Of a DNA stretch of 64,000 nt, positions 7,558 through 18,039 are shown in pieces (positions within the stretch are counted from its first letter, which is position 1; each line of letters opens with the position of its first letter). The notes beneath the pieces were generated by a model that saw only the letters and a program-made list of their open reading frames with translations, was not told where the DNA came from and searched no databases. This stretch comes from an uncultured bacterium (GTDB taxonomy: Bacteria > Verrucomicrobiota > Verrucomicrobiia > Verrucomicrobiales > DEV007). The stretch is taken from positions 1 to 64,000 of the forward strand of contig CAXBMO010000007.1 in assembly GCA_963977015.1 (NCBI GenBank), written 5' to 3'. A program made the position numbers and the translations under genes.

Positions 7558-8877
7558 TCATCTCGAGATTTCTTCGAGAATCAAATTCGCGCTTCGATCT
7601 GCGGCTCCTTGATCGGGCCCGAGTACCTCATCAACGTTCTTGATGAGCGCTTCCCGGCTTTCGTCATTCTCGACCAACCTGATCAACGAATCTTCCAGCT
7701 GGGCGCTTTGGGAAAGCTGGATGCATGCTCCTGCGCCGACCATCCGCTCAACGAACTCCGAAAAATTCTGCATGTTCGGTCCCATGATGACCGGCTTTCT
7801 TGCGGCGAGTGGTTCAACCGGGTTCTGCCCCCCTTCCGCGAGGAAACTCTTCCCTATCAGCACCACGCTGGCGAGATAATACCAGGCCCTCAGCTCACCC
7901 GTGGTATTCACAATGAGGCAGGTTTGTTCGTTGGTTGCGGGGATCTCGCCGTTCAATTCGGTTTTCAGGAGTGGCGCGAGCGAAAGCTCCCGAAGGTCAC
8001 CCGCCACTTCGGCGGCTCGCTCGGCGTGCCGAGGGACAACTACCAAGAACGCATTTGGACACTTGGCCTTGAGCTTGAGGAACACTTCCCCGATGAATTT
8101 TTCTTCGCCCGGATGCGTGCTGCCCCCCAAAATCACCGCTCCTTCCTCGCCGGGGCGAAGTCGACCGAGCAGCTGACGAAATTCGGCAACTTGAGCTGAC
8201 GCATCGGGTAATCCGTCCTGATCGAATTTGATGCTCCCCGTTACGAGAATTTTTTCTCGCTCGATCCCAAGCCCCTCAATTCGCTCCTTATCCAGTTGGG
8301 ATTGAGCCAGAACCCGTTCCAGTTCGGAAAACATGGGCTTGGTCAGCGCTCCAAACTTGCGGAAGCGCCGTTCAGACCGGGGCGAGAGTCTCGCATTTGC
8401 CAAAACCACGGGAACCCCTTCGGATTTGGCGCGCCAAAGGAGATTCGGCCAGATTTCGGCTTCAATCAGGACAATGAGCCGTGGCTGAATCTGAAGAAAA
8501 GCACGGCGAATAGGGCCCTGAAGATCGATGGGGTTGTAAATCGCGGTGTAGCCGAGATGGGCGTTCTTTTGGGCCAGAGCATAGCCCGTCGACGTGGTGC
8601 AGCTCAGGACGATCGGAACCTCCGGAGCCTGTCGTCGGAGCGAGCGGATCAGTTTGTGGGCTAAAAATACCTCACCAACGCTGACGGCATGAATCCAGAT
8701 CGGGGGATCGAGAAACAGGTCGCGTTTCGCTCTTGGCGAATAGATTCCGAAACGCTGGCCAAAGTCTTTCGCGAAACCGCCCCGTCGCATCATCTTCAAA
8801 AAATAGCCGGGAGCGGCCAACACGATCGCAACAGGCAGAATCAGGTTATAGATGGCGACGACAGCACGAAAACTCAT
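7558..8877 (-). CDS. waaA: 3-deoxy-D-manno-octulosonic acid (Kdo) transferase
   Basis: IWIHAVSVGEV, EAEIWPN, NARLS, TGSIKFD, GSTHPGEE, VPRHAER, GGQNPVEP. Confidence 0.93.
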   Translation of the reverse strand: MSFRAVVAIYNLILPVAIVLAAPGYFLKMMRRGGFAKDFGQRFGIYSPRAKRDLFLDPPIWIHAVSVGEVFLAHKLIRSLRRQAPEVPIVLSCTTSTGYALAQKNAHLGYTAIYNPIDLQGPIRRAFLQIQPRLIVLIEAEIWPNLLWRAKSEGVPVVLANARLSPRSERRFRKFGALTKPMFSELERVLAQSQLDKERIEGLGIEREKILVTGSIKFDQDGLPDASAQVAEFRQLLGRLRPGEEGAVILGGSTHPGEEKFIGEVFLKLKAKCPNAFLVVVPRHAERAAEVAGDLRELSLAPLLKTELNGEIPATNEQTCLIVNTTGELRAWYYLASVVLIGKSFLAEGGQNPVEPLAARKPVIMGPNMQNFSEFVERMVGAGACIQLSQSAQLEDSLIRLVENDESREALIKNVDEVLGPDQGAADRSANLILEEISR

Positions 8878-8903
8878 GGGCGGGAGCGGGATCTTGGTGG
8901 TGA

Positions 8904-9455
8904 TTACTTCTTTTGCAAGATCCAGATTGCCGTGGCTCCGTAACGCCGGTGATCAACCACCTGCCAATTTTCGGCGGTTGGCTCAGGCGCAGGATGGGCC
9001 GCCTCGAGGATCAGCAAGCCTTCCTCTGCGATTCGATTCAAGAGATCCTCGTTTTCGAGGAGCCCAAATGCGAGATTCTCTTCGTCCTTGCCTTTCGCAT
9101 ATGGAGGATCGGCAAAAATAAGGTCAAAAGTCGCCATCGAGCCTTTCAAGAACCGATCCACTTCCTGAATCGCAATTGTTCCCTTGCTATGGAGTTTCGC
9201 TTTTTCGAGATTCCGGCGAATGAACTCACTGGTGGGCCGGTGTTTCTCGACAAAGACGGCGGATTCGGCGCCGCGACTGAGCGCTTCAATTCCCAAACCG
9301 CCAGCGCCAGCAAACAGGTCGAGAACCCTAGCTTGGTTGACTGATTCTCCAAGGATCGAGAACAGGGACTCCCTCACGCGGTCGCTGGTGGGACGAACCG
9401 CGTGTTTTGGCACCTGCAACGGGATTCCACCGGCACTTCCTGCGATCACCCGCAT
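8904..9455 (-). CDS. rsmD: 16S rRNA m2G966 methyltransferase
   Basis: MRVIAG, RPTSDRVRESLFSIL, LDLFAGAGGLGIEALSRGA, DPPY. Confidence 0.95.
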   Translation of the reverse strand: MRVIAGSAGGIPLQVPKHAVRPTSDRVRESLFSILGESVNQARVLDLFAGAGGLGIEALSRGAESAVFVEKHRPTSEFIRRNLEKAKLHSKGTIAIQEVDRFLKGSMATFDLIFADPPYAKGKDEENLAFGLLENEDLLNRIAEEGLLILEAAHPAPEPTAENWQVVDHRRYGATAIWILQKK

Positions 9456-9461
9456 GACTAA

Positions 9462-10376
9462 CTAGCTCTTGTTTTTCCCTTTGATGATCTCGCTGGCACG
9501 CTCCAGAATTTCGCGTTCCTCCGGGGTCAACGCGCCAATTCCTTCACTGTTGATCTTGTCCAACACCTGATCGTAATCAGGCTTCTTGTCGGTGAACTGA
9601 GCGTCGATGATGTTGGGATTTTCGCCGCGTTTCGAGTAGGGAACCGTTTTGCGACCGCGCTTCCTTTCTCCAAATTTGAATCCCAGGAAGTATTTGCCGT
9701 GAAGGAAGCCGTAGAGAGTTCCACCGGCATGGGCAATCCAGGCGACTCCTGCGGTGCCGGTTAGATAGGTGATCAACCCCAATCCCAAGTTCAAAATCAC
9801 CCATCCCCAGGCAAGTTTCATGACCCGACCTGTAACTGGAATAAAAAAGAAGAGCAAAAGGCGTAACACTTGGTCTGGCACAAGCATCGCATAAACCCCG
9901 AGCAAGGCGGAAACAGATCCTGACGCCCCGACCATTGCTCCCGGCTGTTGAAAAACGAATCCAGAGATCAACTCGAGGAGAGCGGCCGCGATTCCTCCAA
10001 TCAGGTATACGGCAGCAAATACAATTGGCCCAAGTCGGAGAGCGACTTCTCGTCCCAAAAAGAAGAGAACCAGCATGTTCGCAACGAGGTGAAGAATCGA
10101 TCCATGGATAAACTGGTGACTAAAGAGCCGCCAAATTTCACCCCTTCCCAAATCGGCCAGAGAAAGGCTACCCGCACGGGAAATTTCTCGAACCAATTGT
10201 CCGTTTACCTCCACCGAGCGTTGAGAGACCCAGCCCATGGGACCGGAAAGCACAAAAATCGCCACAGAGATGGCGATAAAGACCCACACGATCATCGGCG
10301 CGCCGCCAGGGCCAATCGATCCGCCCTTCCAACCCGGTTCGTCATCGCGCATGTAGTCTCGATCGTGGATTCCCAT
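9462..10376 (-). CDS. Rhomboid family intramembrane serine protease
   Basis: WRLFSHQFIH, HLVANM, GASG catalytic Ser, AHAGG His; C-terminal DQVLDKI..G..ALT..E tail. Confidence 0.9.
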   Translation of the reverse strand: MGIHDRDYMRDDEPGWKGGSIGPGGAPMIVWVFIAISVAIFVLSGPMGWVSQRSVEVNGQLVREISRAGSLSLADLGRGEIWRLFSHQFIHGSILHLVANMLVLFFLGREVALRLGPIVFAAVYLIGGIAAALLELISGFVFQQPGAMVGASGSVSALLGVYAMLVPDQVLRLLLFFFIPVTGRVMKLAWGWVILNLGLGLITYLTGTAGVAWIAHAGGTLYGFLHGKYFLGFKFGERKRGRKTVPYSKRGENPNIIDAQFTDKKPDYDQVLDKINSEGIGALTPEEREILERASEIIKGKNKS

Positions 10377-10459
10377 ATTGAGGTTCAGATGTTAGGAGAT
10401 TAATGAAGCACTTGGTGGAGAAATTCCAACCAGCAAGGCTGAGTTTTAGACGTAACGAA

Positions 10460-10954
10460 TCACACTTCTGGAGTGAGCGGGCGCATTTGTTTTGGAAGAA
10501 TCGAGTATTTGAGCCAAGCGCTGCCTCCGGCAAAGCGATTGCATTCCAAGCCCCATAATGATGCCTTTTTCACTTCAAAATTCCCTTGAGGAAATCCGGT
10601 GAGAAATGCAATGAGGCCGGAAAAGTCGGGTTCGTGGCCCACAATGACAAGGTGGCCCAGCTTCAAATAATCCCGCAGCTCAGTGGCTCCAGCTTCCGGG
10701 TTCATGCCCGATGCAAGAAACTTGGCCTCGGTGGGCTCGGAAAGCCCAGCCTGAAGCGAAAAAAGTTCCGCTGTCTGCCGCGCTCTCACCAAGGGGCTAT
10801 GCAGAACCAGGTCAGGTTCCCACCCCTGAAGTTTGGAAAATTTCCCGGCCGCTCGGGCCTCATTCATTCCCTTTTCGACCAGTTCGCGGCCATAATCATC
10901 ACCACCGGCATTCCAAGGCTCGGCAGTTGCGTGACGGAGAAGTGTGAGATGCAT
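10460..10954 (-). CDS. sixA: Phosphohistidine phosphatase SixA-like
   Basis: LLRHATA, SPLVRARQTAE, VGHEP. Confidence 0.85.
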   Translation of the reverse strand: MHLTLLRHATAEPWNAGGDDYGRELVEKGMNEARAAGKFSKLQGWEPDLVLHSPLVRARQTAELFSLQAGLSEPTEAKFLASGMNPEAGATELRDYLKLGHLVIVGHEPDFSGLIAFLTGFPQGNFEVKKASLWGLECNRFAGGSAWLKYSILPKQMRPLTPEV

Positions 10955-10977
10955 CAGGGAACATTCCCCGACTCTAA

Positions 10978-12048
10978 CTAATCGCCAAATGAAATCCCGA
11001 CCGCACGGGCGCTGTCGACGACCTGGCCCTGGGGATCAACAAGCTTCAGATGATCGACGGCATCTGCAATCGACACGTCACCAACGTGATAGCTCTGATA
11101 ATTGACCATTCGCCCGAACTGGCGTTTCTCAATCAATCGAACCGCGTGGACTCCAAAGCGGGTGGCAAGGATTCGGTCCCAGCTCGTGGGAGAACCGCCA
11201 CGTTGCAAATGGCCCAACTTCACCGCCCGCGTTTCCTTGCCGCTCAATTCCTCTATTCTTTCGCCAACAACGTCTCCCAAACCACCCAAACGGTGTTCAC
11301 CCACTGAATCCTTGGCGCGATAGATCGCTTCACCACCAACCGTTTTGGCGCCTTCCGCCACGACGACCAGAGTCGCGTGCTTTCCACGTCTCTCTCTCTC
11401 TTGAACGACCTCGGCCACCTTTTCAAAGCTAAACGGAATTTCCGGAATCAGAATTACCTGCGCACCACCACCCAGACCTCCAAACAATGCGATCCATCCA
11501 GCATGCCGCCCCATCACCTCGACAACCATGACACGCTTGTGGCTCAGCGCCGTCCAATAGAGCCGATCGAGGGCATCGACGACACAGGTTACCGCAGAAT
11601 CAAAGCCGAAGGTCATCGCCGTCGCTTCCAGATCGTTGTCAATCGTCTTAGGAACGCCAACAACGGGGATTCCCGCTTCGTGGAGTTGCAAACCTGCGGT
11701 CAACGTTCCATCGCCGCCAACCGCCACCAGGGCATCGATTCCATTTTGGCTCATCGACTCCCTGACCTGCTCGATCAATTCCCGAGGAATCTGCCGGACA
11801 TCGCCTTCGCCGGTTTTTGCGGAAAACGGGCCACGATTTGCCGTGCCGATGACCGTGCCGCCCAATTTCATGATGGAAGGCGTCTCAAAAGGATCCATCG
11901 GCATCAAATCGCCCTTGAGAATCCCCTCCAATCCATCGATAACACCAACCGTTTGCCAACCCAGTTTGTGAGCCGCACCAACGACACCATGTGTCACAGC
12001 ATTAAGGCCAGGGCAGTCGCCACCGCCATTGAGGATCCCGATCTTCAT
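10978..12048 (-). CDS. pfkA: 6-phosphofructokinase
   Basis: GGDCPGLN, GGDGT, PKTIDND, EVMGRHAG, LGHLQRGG. Confidence 0.95.
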   Translation of the reverse strand: MKIGILNGGGDCPGLNAVTHGVVGAAHKLGWQTVGVIDGLEGILKGDLMPMDPFETPSIMKLGGTVIGTANRGPFSAKTGEGDVRQIPRELIEQVRESMSQNGIDALVAVGGDGTLTAGLQLHEAGIPVVGVPKTIDNDLEATAMTFGFDSAVTCVVDALDRLYWTALSHKRVMVVEVMGRHAGWIALFGGLGGGAQVILIPEIPFSFEKVAEVVQERERRGKHATLVVVAEGAKTVGGEAIYRAKDSVGEHRLGGLGDVVGERIEELSGKETRAVKLGHLQRGGSPTSWDRILATRFGVHAVRLIEKRQFGRMVNYQSYHVGDVSIADAVDHLKLVDPQGQVVDSARAVGISFGD

Positions 12049-12098
12049 GGCCTCAGTTCTAAGGCCAAACGGGCGACTTCAAACTAAAAAAATGCCAT

Positions 12099-13070
12099 TT
12101 ATGGCATGTCCAACTTGTCCTTCGCGCTCATGGGCAGTCCAGCCGCCAACCAACTTTCATATTTCCCCCATCCACGGGAGATCAAGCTGGTGGTTTCGCG
12201 GAAGCGGTCGGTCGAATCCAGGACCACAATAATGAGGTGATAGGGCGTGCGGAGCTGGCGATTCCCCGGAAGTATTTCGATGCGGTCAGGTTTGCGGACG
12301 CTCGTAATCAGGCAGTCACCCGCCCGGGACGTCCTCCCGGTTTTTACACCATCAACTCCAAACTGCTCGAGAAGCGTATTGGTATTGTAAATTCGGAACG
12401 CCAATTGTTCCGGCCCTCGCATGAACGAAACGTCGCGCTGTTTCTGACCAACAATGAAGTTAAAAGAAGGCTTTTTGATGGCATAGTTCGTGATTCTTGC
12501 CATGTCCGCCGCCGTCGAGACTCCCTTAGCTCTACCTCCATCGTAACCATCCGGATTGACGAAGTTCGAACGGCTCATCCCCCGAGCTTCGGCGAGCAAA
12601 TTCATCTGGCTGACAAAAAACTCGATCGCTGAACGGGCCTTGCCGCCATCCACCTGCCACATTTCCGTCCCGATGTGGTGAGCCAGCGTATACGCCGAAA
12701 TGTTGTCGCTGGCCATAAGAGCCGAGCCAAGCCCGTCACGAATCGAAATTCGATCTCCCGCCTGAAGTCCCAGTGGATTTGCCCCTGCTTCGACAAAGGC
12801 TTCCGCCGGAACTGTCATCAGCGTGTTCATGTCACTGTTTCGAGCCGTGGTCCAGTCGAGCACGACACAGGCCGTTACCACTTTCGTCAAGCTGGCGACC
12901 GGGAGCTTGTCCGTGTAGTTTTTTCCTTCCAGAATCTTTCCGGTTCGCGAGTCGACGACGATATGCGCCTTGGAACTCTGACCCGTGACGAACGCAGGCA
13001 AAAAGCCGAGAATCAGAACAATCCAGACTCTGAGCAACGAAACAAGCGGGTGTGATTTTGGGGCGTACAT
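12099..13070 (-). CDS. D-alanyl-D-alanine carboxypeptidase (peptidase S11)
   Basis: ASLTK (SxxK), SDN (SxN), KTG; N-terminal signal peptide. Confidence 0.9.
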   Translation of the reverse strand: MYAPKSHPLVSLLRVWIVLILGFLPAFVTGQSSKAHIVVDSRTGKILEGKNYTDKLPVASLTKVVTACVVLDWTTARNSDMNTLMTVPAEAFVEAGANPLGLQAGDRISIRDGLGSALMASDNISAYTLAHHIGTEMWQVDGGKARSAIEFFVSQMNLLAEARGMSRSNFVNPDGYDGGRAKGVSTAADMARITNYAIKKPSFNFIVGQKQRDVSFMRGPEQLAFRIYNTNTLLEQFGVDGVKTGRTSRAGDCLITSVRKPDRIEILPGNRQLRTPYHLIIVVLDSTDRFRETTSLISRGWGKYESWLAAGLPMSAKDKLDMP

Positions 13071-13148
13071 GGCGAATCGAACCTCAACAAAATCTCGGAC
13101 GTTTCCAGCAAAATGTTATTCGTGTGAGACCGAAAGCGAAGTGGAGGA

Positions 13149-15416
13149 TCAAACTCCCTTCACCGTTTCGAGACGCCGGTTGACGTAGACTGCCACTTTT
13201 TCAAACAGCCAGACTCCGAGACGGCGCTCACGAACGTTTGCGAGTTTCACATAGCCCCATTCCCCTTCGTTGAGTTGCTCCGCAACATCCGGGACATCAA
13301 GCACCGCATAGGCCGCAAAGTGGGTTTTGGTCAGTTCCTGTTGAGCGGCGCGGGCCTGATCTTCGCCAATCCCGGCAAAGTGACTCAACTCCTCCGACAT
13401 GCCGCCCCGCTGATACGCAAGCCCTTGCTCCCGCGCCGAATCGAACCGGGCCCGATTCCTCACCAATAAGGGCCCTCCGCCAGTTGACGCCAACGCCGGA
13501 TGCGGCACGGCGGTCGTCCCCTGCAATTCGGCCCGCTCCAGAGTGGCTTTGATCACCTTCTCATGCCCTCGCAATCTGAGGATCACCGCCTCGCCATTTT
13601 TCCCCTTCACAGAATCTGCGTTTTCCTGCTTTACCGTGATCAGGACTCGAGGTGCGGTTTGAGGAATGACGGCCATGATGGAACTTCCCGGGTGGAGATA
13701 GCGACCAACCAGACTATCGAGCCGTTCGCCAAAAACCTTGCCAGCCTTCGGCGCTTTGACGGACAGGCTATCAATCAGGGCCTGCGTTGATTCCAATCGC
13801 TCCTGAAGCGCCTTGAGGTTCTCATTCTCGGCCTGCCAGGCAGCGAGGCGTTCCTCGTCAAAATACTGCCTACCGCGCAAAATCGAATGCTGAATGTCAA
13901 TCCGGAGTTGCTTCAGTTCGGTTTCCTTGGCTGGGTTTTCCAGACGTGCGAGCACCTGACCTTCCTCGACCACTTCACCATTTTCACAAAAAACTTCCCG
14001 GACAAATCCCGCGCATTCCGCCCTCAAAACCACCTTGTCATGATACTCGATCACGGCCGCAGCCTTCGGGGCTGGATCAATCGGGACAAAATAGCCGATC
14101 GCAAAAAGCCCGGCACCAATCAGCCCCATTTTACCGAGCGATCCCATCAAATTTGGCCGCCGGCCATTCTCACCTTTAAAAAGGAATTTGAGCGATTTGA
14201 AGAGGCCGCCAAAAACCATTCCAATCACCGCAATGCCGACCAGCAACACTCCGGCTCCCTTGAAGAGCACACTGGCCATCGCCATAATTCCGATCCAAAT
14301 CACCCAACGCCAGATGAAGGAGAGAACCCCATAAAGGCCAATCGCAACAGGTTGTTCCTTAAAGGCGGGTGGTGGCGGTAGATCCTTGATCGAATAGAGC
14401 GTCTTGCGCCAGAACCACTGCATGAATTGCTGCCCCTTGGTCGCCAGGTTCGGGATGCGCAACAGGTCAGACAAGATGTAGTAACCATCAAAGCGCATCA
14501 ATGGGTTCGCATTGAACAGCAATGTGATGGTCGATGCGGCAAAGATGGTGTTGTGCGCAATGGTATTGATAACCCCGGGTTCGGTTCTCACCCAAATGAT
14601 CACCGCCAGCGCAGCCAAAAGCAGCTCAATGAACATCCCAGCGGAAGCCACATAGATCCGATGCCAACGGCTGGGAAAACGCCAACTCGCACTCGCATCC
14701 ACATAGGTCAAGGGAGTCACAAACACCAAAAGCTGAATGCCCCATTCCGGTATGACGCCGCCAAACTTCTTCGCGAGGACTCCATGCCAAATCTCATGAA
14801 CCAGTTTGAGGAACACGAAAATTCCACCAAGAATCAGCCAATTGGTTCCCGGAAGAATCACCGAAGCGCTCGCGGAAACGAAAGGCGTCCAATTCTGGAT
14901 CAACAAGAATCCGGCATAGCCAATCAACGCGAACCAAGCGATCACAAACGGTAAGGTCCCGGTCCATGCCAGCCATGGCGTGAGTTTGGTGAGGAGCGCA
15001 TCCGGATTCCCCATCGGAATCCGAATGAAAAACAACTTCTGCATCGCCTGTTTCGGCTTCTTGTCAGCTTGTTCCGCGGTGTGGTCGTAACGACGTCCGG
15101 ATTGATCTGCATTGTCGCTTTCCAACAAACGCTGGTCGATCAGCCAACGCAGGAGAATCGTCGCCTCTTCCTCACTGAGAGCCCGATCGCCGAATTCCCG
15201 AGCGTTCTGAGAAAGGACTTCGCGGGCTGTCCGATTCCCATCCAGATTCTGGAGAAACTGGTATTCCGGCAATCCAATCTGGAAATAACGCCGATGCGTC
15301 AGATCTTCCAGAATGTAACTGGGGCGTCCGCGATAATCCTGGAAGGCAAACTTGAGATCCTTGCGCAGTCGCGGTCGCGACACGGTCAATTCTCGGACTG
15401 CGTGATCGGGTGTCAT
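13149..15416 (-). CDS. Fusion of PqqD/RRE-like N-terminus, M50 site-2 protease-like membrane domain and HlyD-type membrane-fusion domain
   Basis: LVHEIWH (HExxH), NANPLMRFDGYY, many TM helices, then GFVREV..GEVVEEGQVLARLEN, coiled coil, VKAPKAG. Confidence 0.8.
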   Translation of the reverse strand: MTPDHAVRELTVSRPRLRKDLKFAFQDYRGRPSYILEDLTHRRYFQIGLPEYQFLQNLDGNRTAREVLSQNAREFGDRALSEEEATILLRWLIDQRLLESDNADQSGRRYDHTAEQADKKPKQAMQKLFFIRIPMGNPDALLTKLTPWLAWTGTLPFVIAWFALIGYAGFLLIQNWTPFVSASASVILPGTNWLILGGIFVFLKLVHEIWHGVLAKKFGGVIPEWGIQLLVFVTPLTYVDASASWRFPSRWHRIYVASAGMFIELLLAALAVIIWVRTEPGVINTIAHNTIFAASTITLLFNANPLMRFDGYYILSDLLRIPNLATKGQQFMQWFWRKTLYSIKDLPPPPAFKEQPVAIGLYGVLSFIWRWVIWIGIMAMASVLFKGAGVLLVGIAVIGMVFGGLFKSLKFLFKGENGRRPNLMGSLGKMGLIGAGLFAIGYFVPIDPAPKAAAVIEYHDKVVLRAECAGFVREVFCENGEVVEEGQVLARLENPAKETELKQLRIDIQHSILRGRQYFDEERLAAWQAENENLKALQERLESTQALIDSLSVKAPKAGKVFGERLDSLVGRYLHPGSSIMAVIPQTAPRVLITVKQENADSVKGKNGEAVILRLRGHEKVIKATLERAELQGTTAVPHPALASTGGGPLLVRNRARFDSAREQGLAYQRGGMSEELSHFAGIGEDQARAAQQELTKTHFAAYAVLDVPDVAEQLNEGEWGYVKLANVRERRLGVWLFEKVAVYVNRRLETVKGV

Positions 15417-15425
15417 TCGTGCGGC

Positions 15426-17306
15426 CTACCAGAAGAACATGCGAATCGATTCCCAGAGACGATGGAAAATAATCCAGCCGATGGGGCGCTGAACACTCAC
15501 GATCCGGGCCTTGCCTCTCATCCCAGGCCGAAGCTCTCCACTTTCATTTTCAACAATCGCGAGACCGACGAACACATTTCGATCATCCTGGATCTCCGAA
15601 ATGGGGTAGACCTCAGCCAATTCCGACTCATGACGATACCCGGTTTGTGCCTCGAGACGCAGTTGCACCCGTTGGCCTGCCTTCACGCGGGAAATCTCCG
15701 CATCGGGAATCGAAATCTCCAACTCCAGTTGATCAATCGGAGCAATATCAAACAGCTTTTGGCCGGTTGAGACCGGGACCCCCTCACTGCGTTCCAGGTT
15801 ACCGCTCAGGACGACGCCGGCAATCGGCGCCTTCACTTCCAGGTTATCCCGTTGGTAGGTCAAGAGCGCGACCTCGAGTTCCAAACCATCGGCTTCGAGT
15901 TGAGCAAGCTGCTGCGCGGCAACATTGCGCTTGTCGGTCATCGCCTGGTCACGCTTCGTCTGCGCCGCCTCATATCGGGCGATCGCCTCGGCATGTCGCC
16001 AGCGAATTTCCTTGCCATCGAGCACGGCGAGCAACTGTCCGGCCTCAACCGTGTCACCGGGTTTCACCACCGCCCGTTCCAGAATGCCATCAAACGGTGC
16101 CGCAATCTGGCGGGTCCTCTCAGGTTGAAGTTGAGCGTTTGCCGTAATGCGGTGGGGAACCGGAATCAGCATGAACGCGGCCACCGCGATGGGCAGAGCA
16201 ATCCAGACCACCTTCTTCATCTTGGTGGCACCCTTTTGGATTCGGCGGATCGCACCGCGCAAGCCGCGGGGATGACTTTGGCTGCTCAAATGCACCAGTG
16301 CGGCAGCATGCGGTGTGGCGGCTTCCACGAGATCGAGCTGTCGCGGCATCAATCGCGTATCCTTCTCCCAAACGAATGACCAAGCTCCCAGAGCCTGCCC
16401 ATCTTCCGTTTTCAGCGGCAAGGTTACGACCTCAGTTCCACCAAGGGTCTCCAACAAAGGATCCTGGCTCGCCGAAGTAAGGCATCGTGGCAAATCCGGT
16501 CGTTCAGGCCAACACATCGTCGCATCCACTCCAATCGCCTCACGCATGGCTCCACCCAACAGTGAAGTCGACTGACTGCCACTCTCCATCCGGCCGGCAC
16601 CAGAAAGGCCATAAACCTTCACCTTATGCGTCGTTCCCAAGCCAACCGCAACCCGGCTGCATCCCACCACTTCGCGCATTTCATCGCAGATGATGGACAT
16701 GGCCTGACGAAATTCCGTTGCCTGGGCGGCCCGGGAAAACAAGTCGACCATCAGCGTCGCTTGATCGAATCCATCGCGGAGCGAAGCGGAATGCTCGCCC
16801 AACGCCCGCCTGACAAAAAGCTGGGTCACGAGGTGCAAGACCGTGAACGCCGGTTCAACAAACGGAGCGCGATCCGGACCCAGCAACAGAGCCAATGCCA
16901 TGGGTGACTGACCGGAAATGGTAAACGGCACGCATAACAATACATAGCGCGTATTCTTCAGCGAAATCGTCGCCCGTTGACTCGATTGATGACTGACCGC
17001 GGTCGCCGCAATCAAATCCACCTGCTGTTGAGCAGTAAAGCCAGACCGGTCACCTTCCGATGTCGTCACGACTCGCGTCACCAATTGCGAGCCTTCCTGA
17101 ACATAGAGCAAGCCCATCTTCCCGCCGGTGATCGAAGCCGCGAAGGCAATCGCAGCCTGTTGGAACCGGTCGTCGTCCGTTTCTGCAAAAATCCGCTCAA
17201 TCTGCGCAAGGGTGAACTCAGGGCGAGTGATATCCTCTCCTGACGATGCCGCGGACGACGCAGAGTTTTGAGCCGCCAAGGCGGCTGTTTGTGGCACGGT
17301 ACTCAT
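15426..17306 (-). CDS. GAF-like domain plus HlyD/RND periplasmic adaptor (membrane-fusion) protein
   Basis: IAAPFDGIL..VKPGDTVEAGQLLA, VKAPIAGVV, LRPGMRGKARI; N-terminal GAF-like region. Confidence 0.8.
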   Translation of the reverse strand: MSTVPQTAALAAQNSASSAASSGEDITRPEFTLAQIERIFAETDDDRFQQAAIAFAASITGGKMGLLYVQEGSQLVTRVVTTSEGDRSGFTAQQQVDLIAATAVSHQSSQRATISLKNTRYVLLCVPFTISGQSPMALALLLGPDRAPFVEPAFTVLHLVTQLFVRRALGEHSASLRDGFDQATLMVDLFSRAAQATEFRQAMSIICDEMREVVGCSRVAVGLGTTHKVKVYGLSGAGRMESGSQSTSLLGGAMREAIGVDATMCWPERPDLPRCLTSASQDPLLETLGGTEVVTLPLKTEDGQALGAWSFVWEKDTRLMPRQLDLVEAATPHAAALVHLSSQSHPRGLRGAIRRIQKGATKMKKVVWIALPIAVAAFMLIPVPHRITANAQLQPERTRQIAAPFDGILERAVVKPGDTVEAGQLLAVLDGKEIRWRHAEAIARYEAAQTKRDQAMTDKRNVAAQQLAQLEADGLELEVALLTYQRDNLEVKAPIAGVVLSGNLERSEGVPVSTGQKLFDIAPIDQLELEISIPDAEISRVKAGQRVQLRLEAQTGYRHESELAEVYPISEIQDDRNVFVGLAIVENESGELRPGMRGKARIVSVQRPIGWIIFHRLWESIRMFFW

Positions 17307-17584
17307 GAAACACAGCAGGGGCAGAACCGGCTAGACAGGACCACCAATTTCACCCCTTTCTGACGGTTCTCAAGAATCATCCTTCAATTTCGATTCAGCC
17401 TCATCGCCTCACACTTCCACCACTCTTCATCAGACCGATCAGCCGACTCGATCTGATTTTCTTACCTTCCAGGATCTTGGAAGCGTTTTTGCAACGCTTC
17501 CTCCTGCAAATCCCATTGAAAACCGCTCGGAACGCCCATTTTCAGGAAGGGCTACCTTGTCGTGTTCGTGGGCCGCGGAATCTG

Positions 17585-17836
17585 CTATTCGCCGCCTTCC
17601 TGACGCTCAAGAGCTTTGTCCAAGAGACTGCGAAGCCGTGCCGCTCCAGCCCAGGACAACGCCACACGAGTGTGAACCGGGAGGATAGGGTCTCCGGTAG
17701 ACGGATCGGGCACTGCTCCTGAGGAAAAATCGAGGATCAAGTCTTCGCGATTCGCGCTCAGCACGATCTGATTCGCATAAACAGCAGTCGTATTTTCGTA
17801 TCGGACTTTCAGTTTCGAAGGGTCTTGTTCACTCAT
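17585..17836 (-). CDS. DUF3467 family small protein
   Basis: VYANQIVLSANREDLILDF...RVALS..GAARL..LL. Confidence 0.75.
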   Translation of the reverse strand: MSEQDPSKLKVRYENTTAVYANQIVLSANREDLILDFSSGAVPDPSTGDPILPVHTRVALSWAGAARLRSLLDKALERQEGGE

Positions 17837-18039
17837 ATAATTAATGAAAACGAGGTTTCAGGGAGGCGCAATGGTAGCGGTTACCCAGAAGATTGCAAAC
17901 CTGAACCTCTAACTGGTGAAAGGCAAAAATTGTGATACAAAATGTCCAAGTAGTTCACGTTTGCAGCGTCGAACTCAAGGATAAGCCTGTTGACTCTTAC
18001 TTCTGAAACAATTTTCTTCGATTCTTAACCTTTTCGTCC

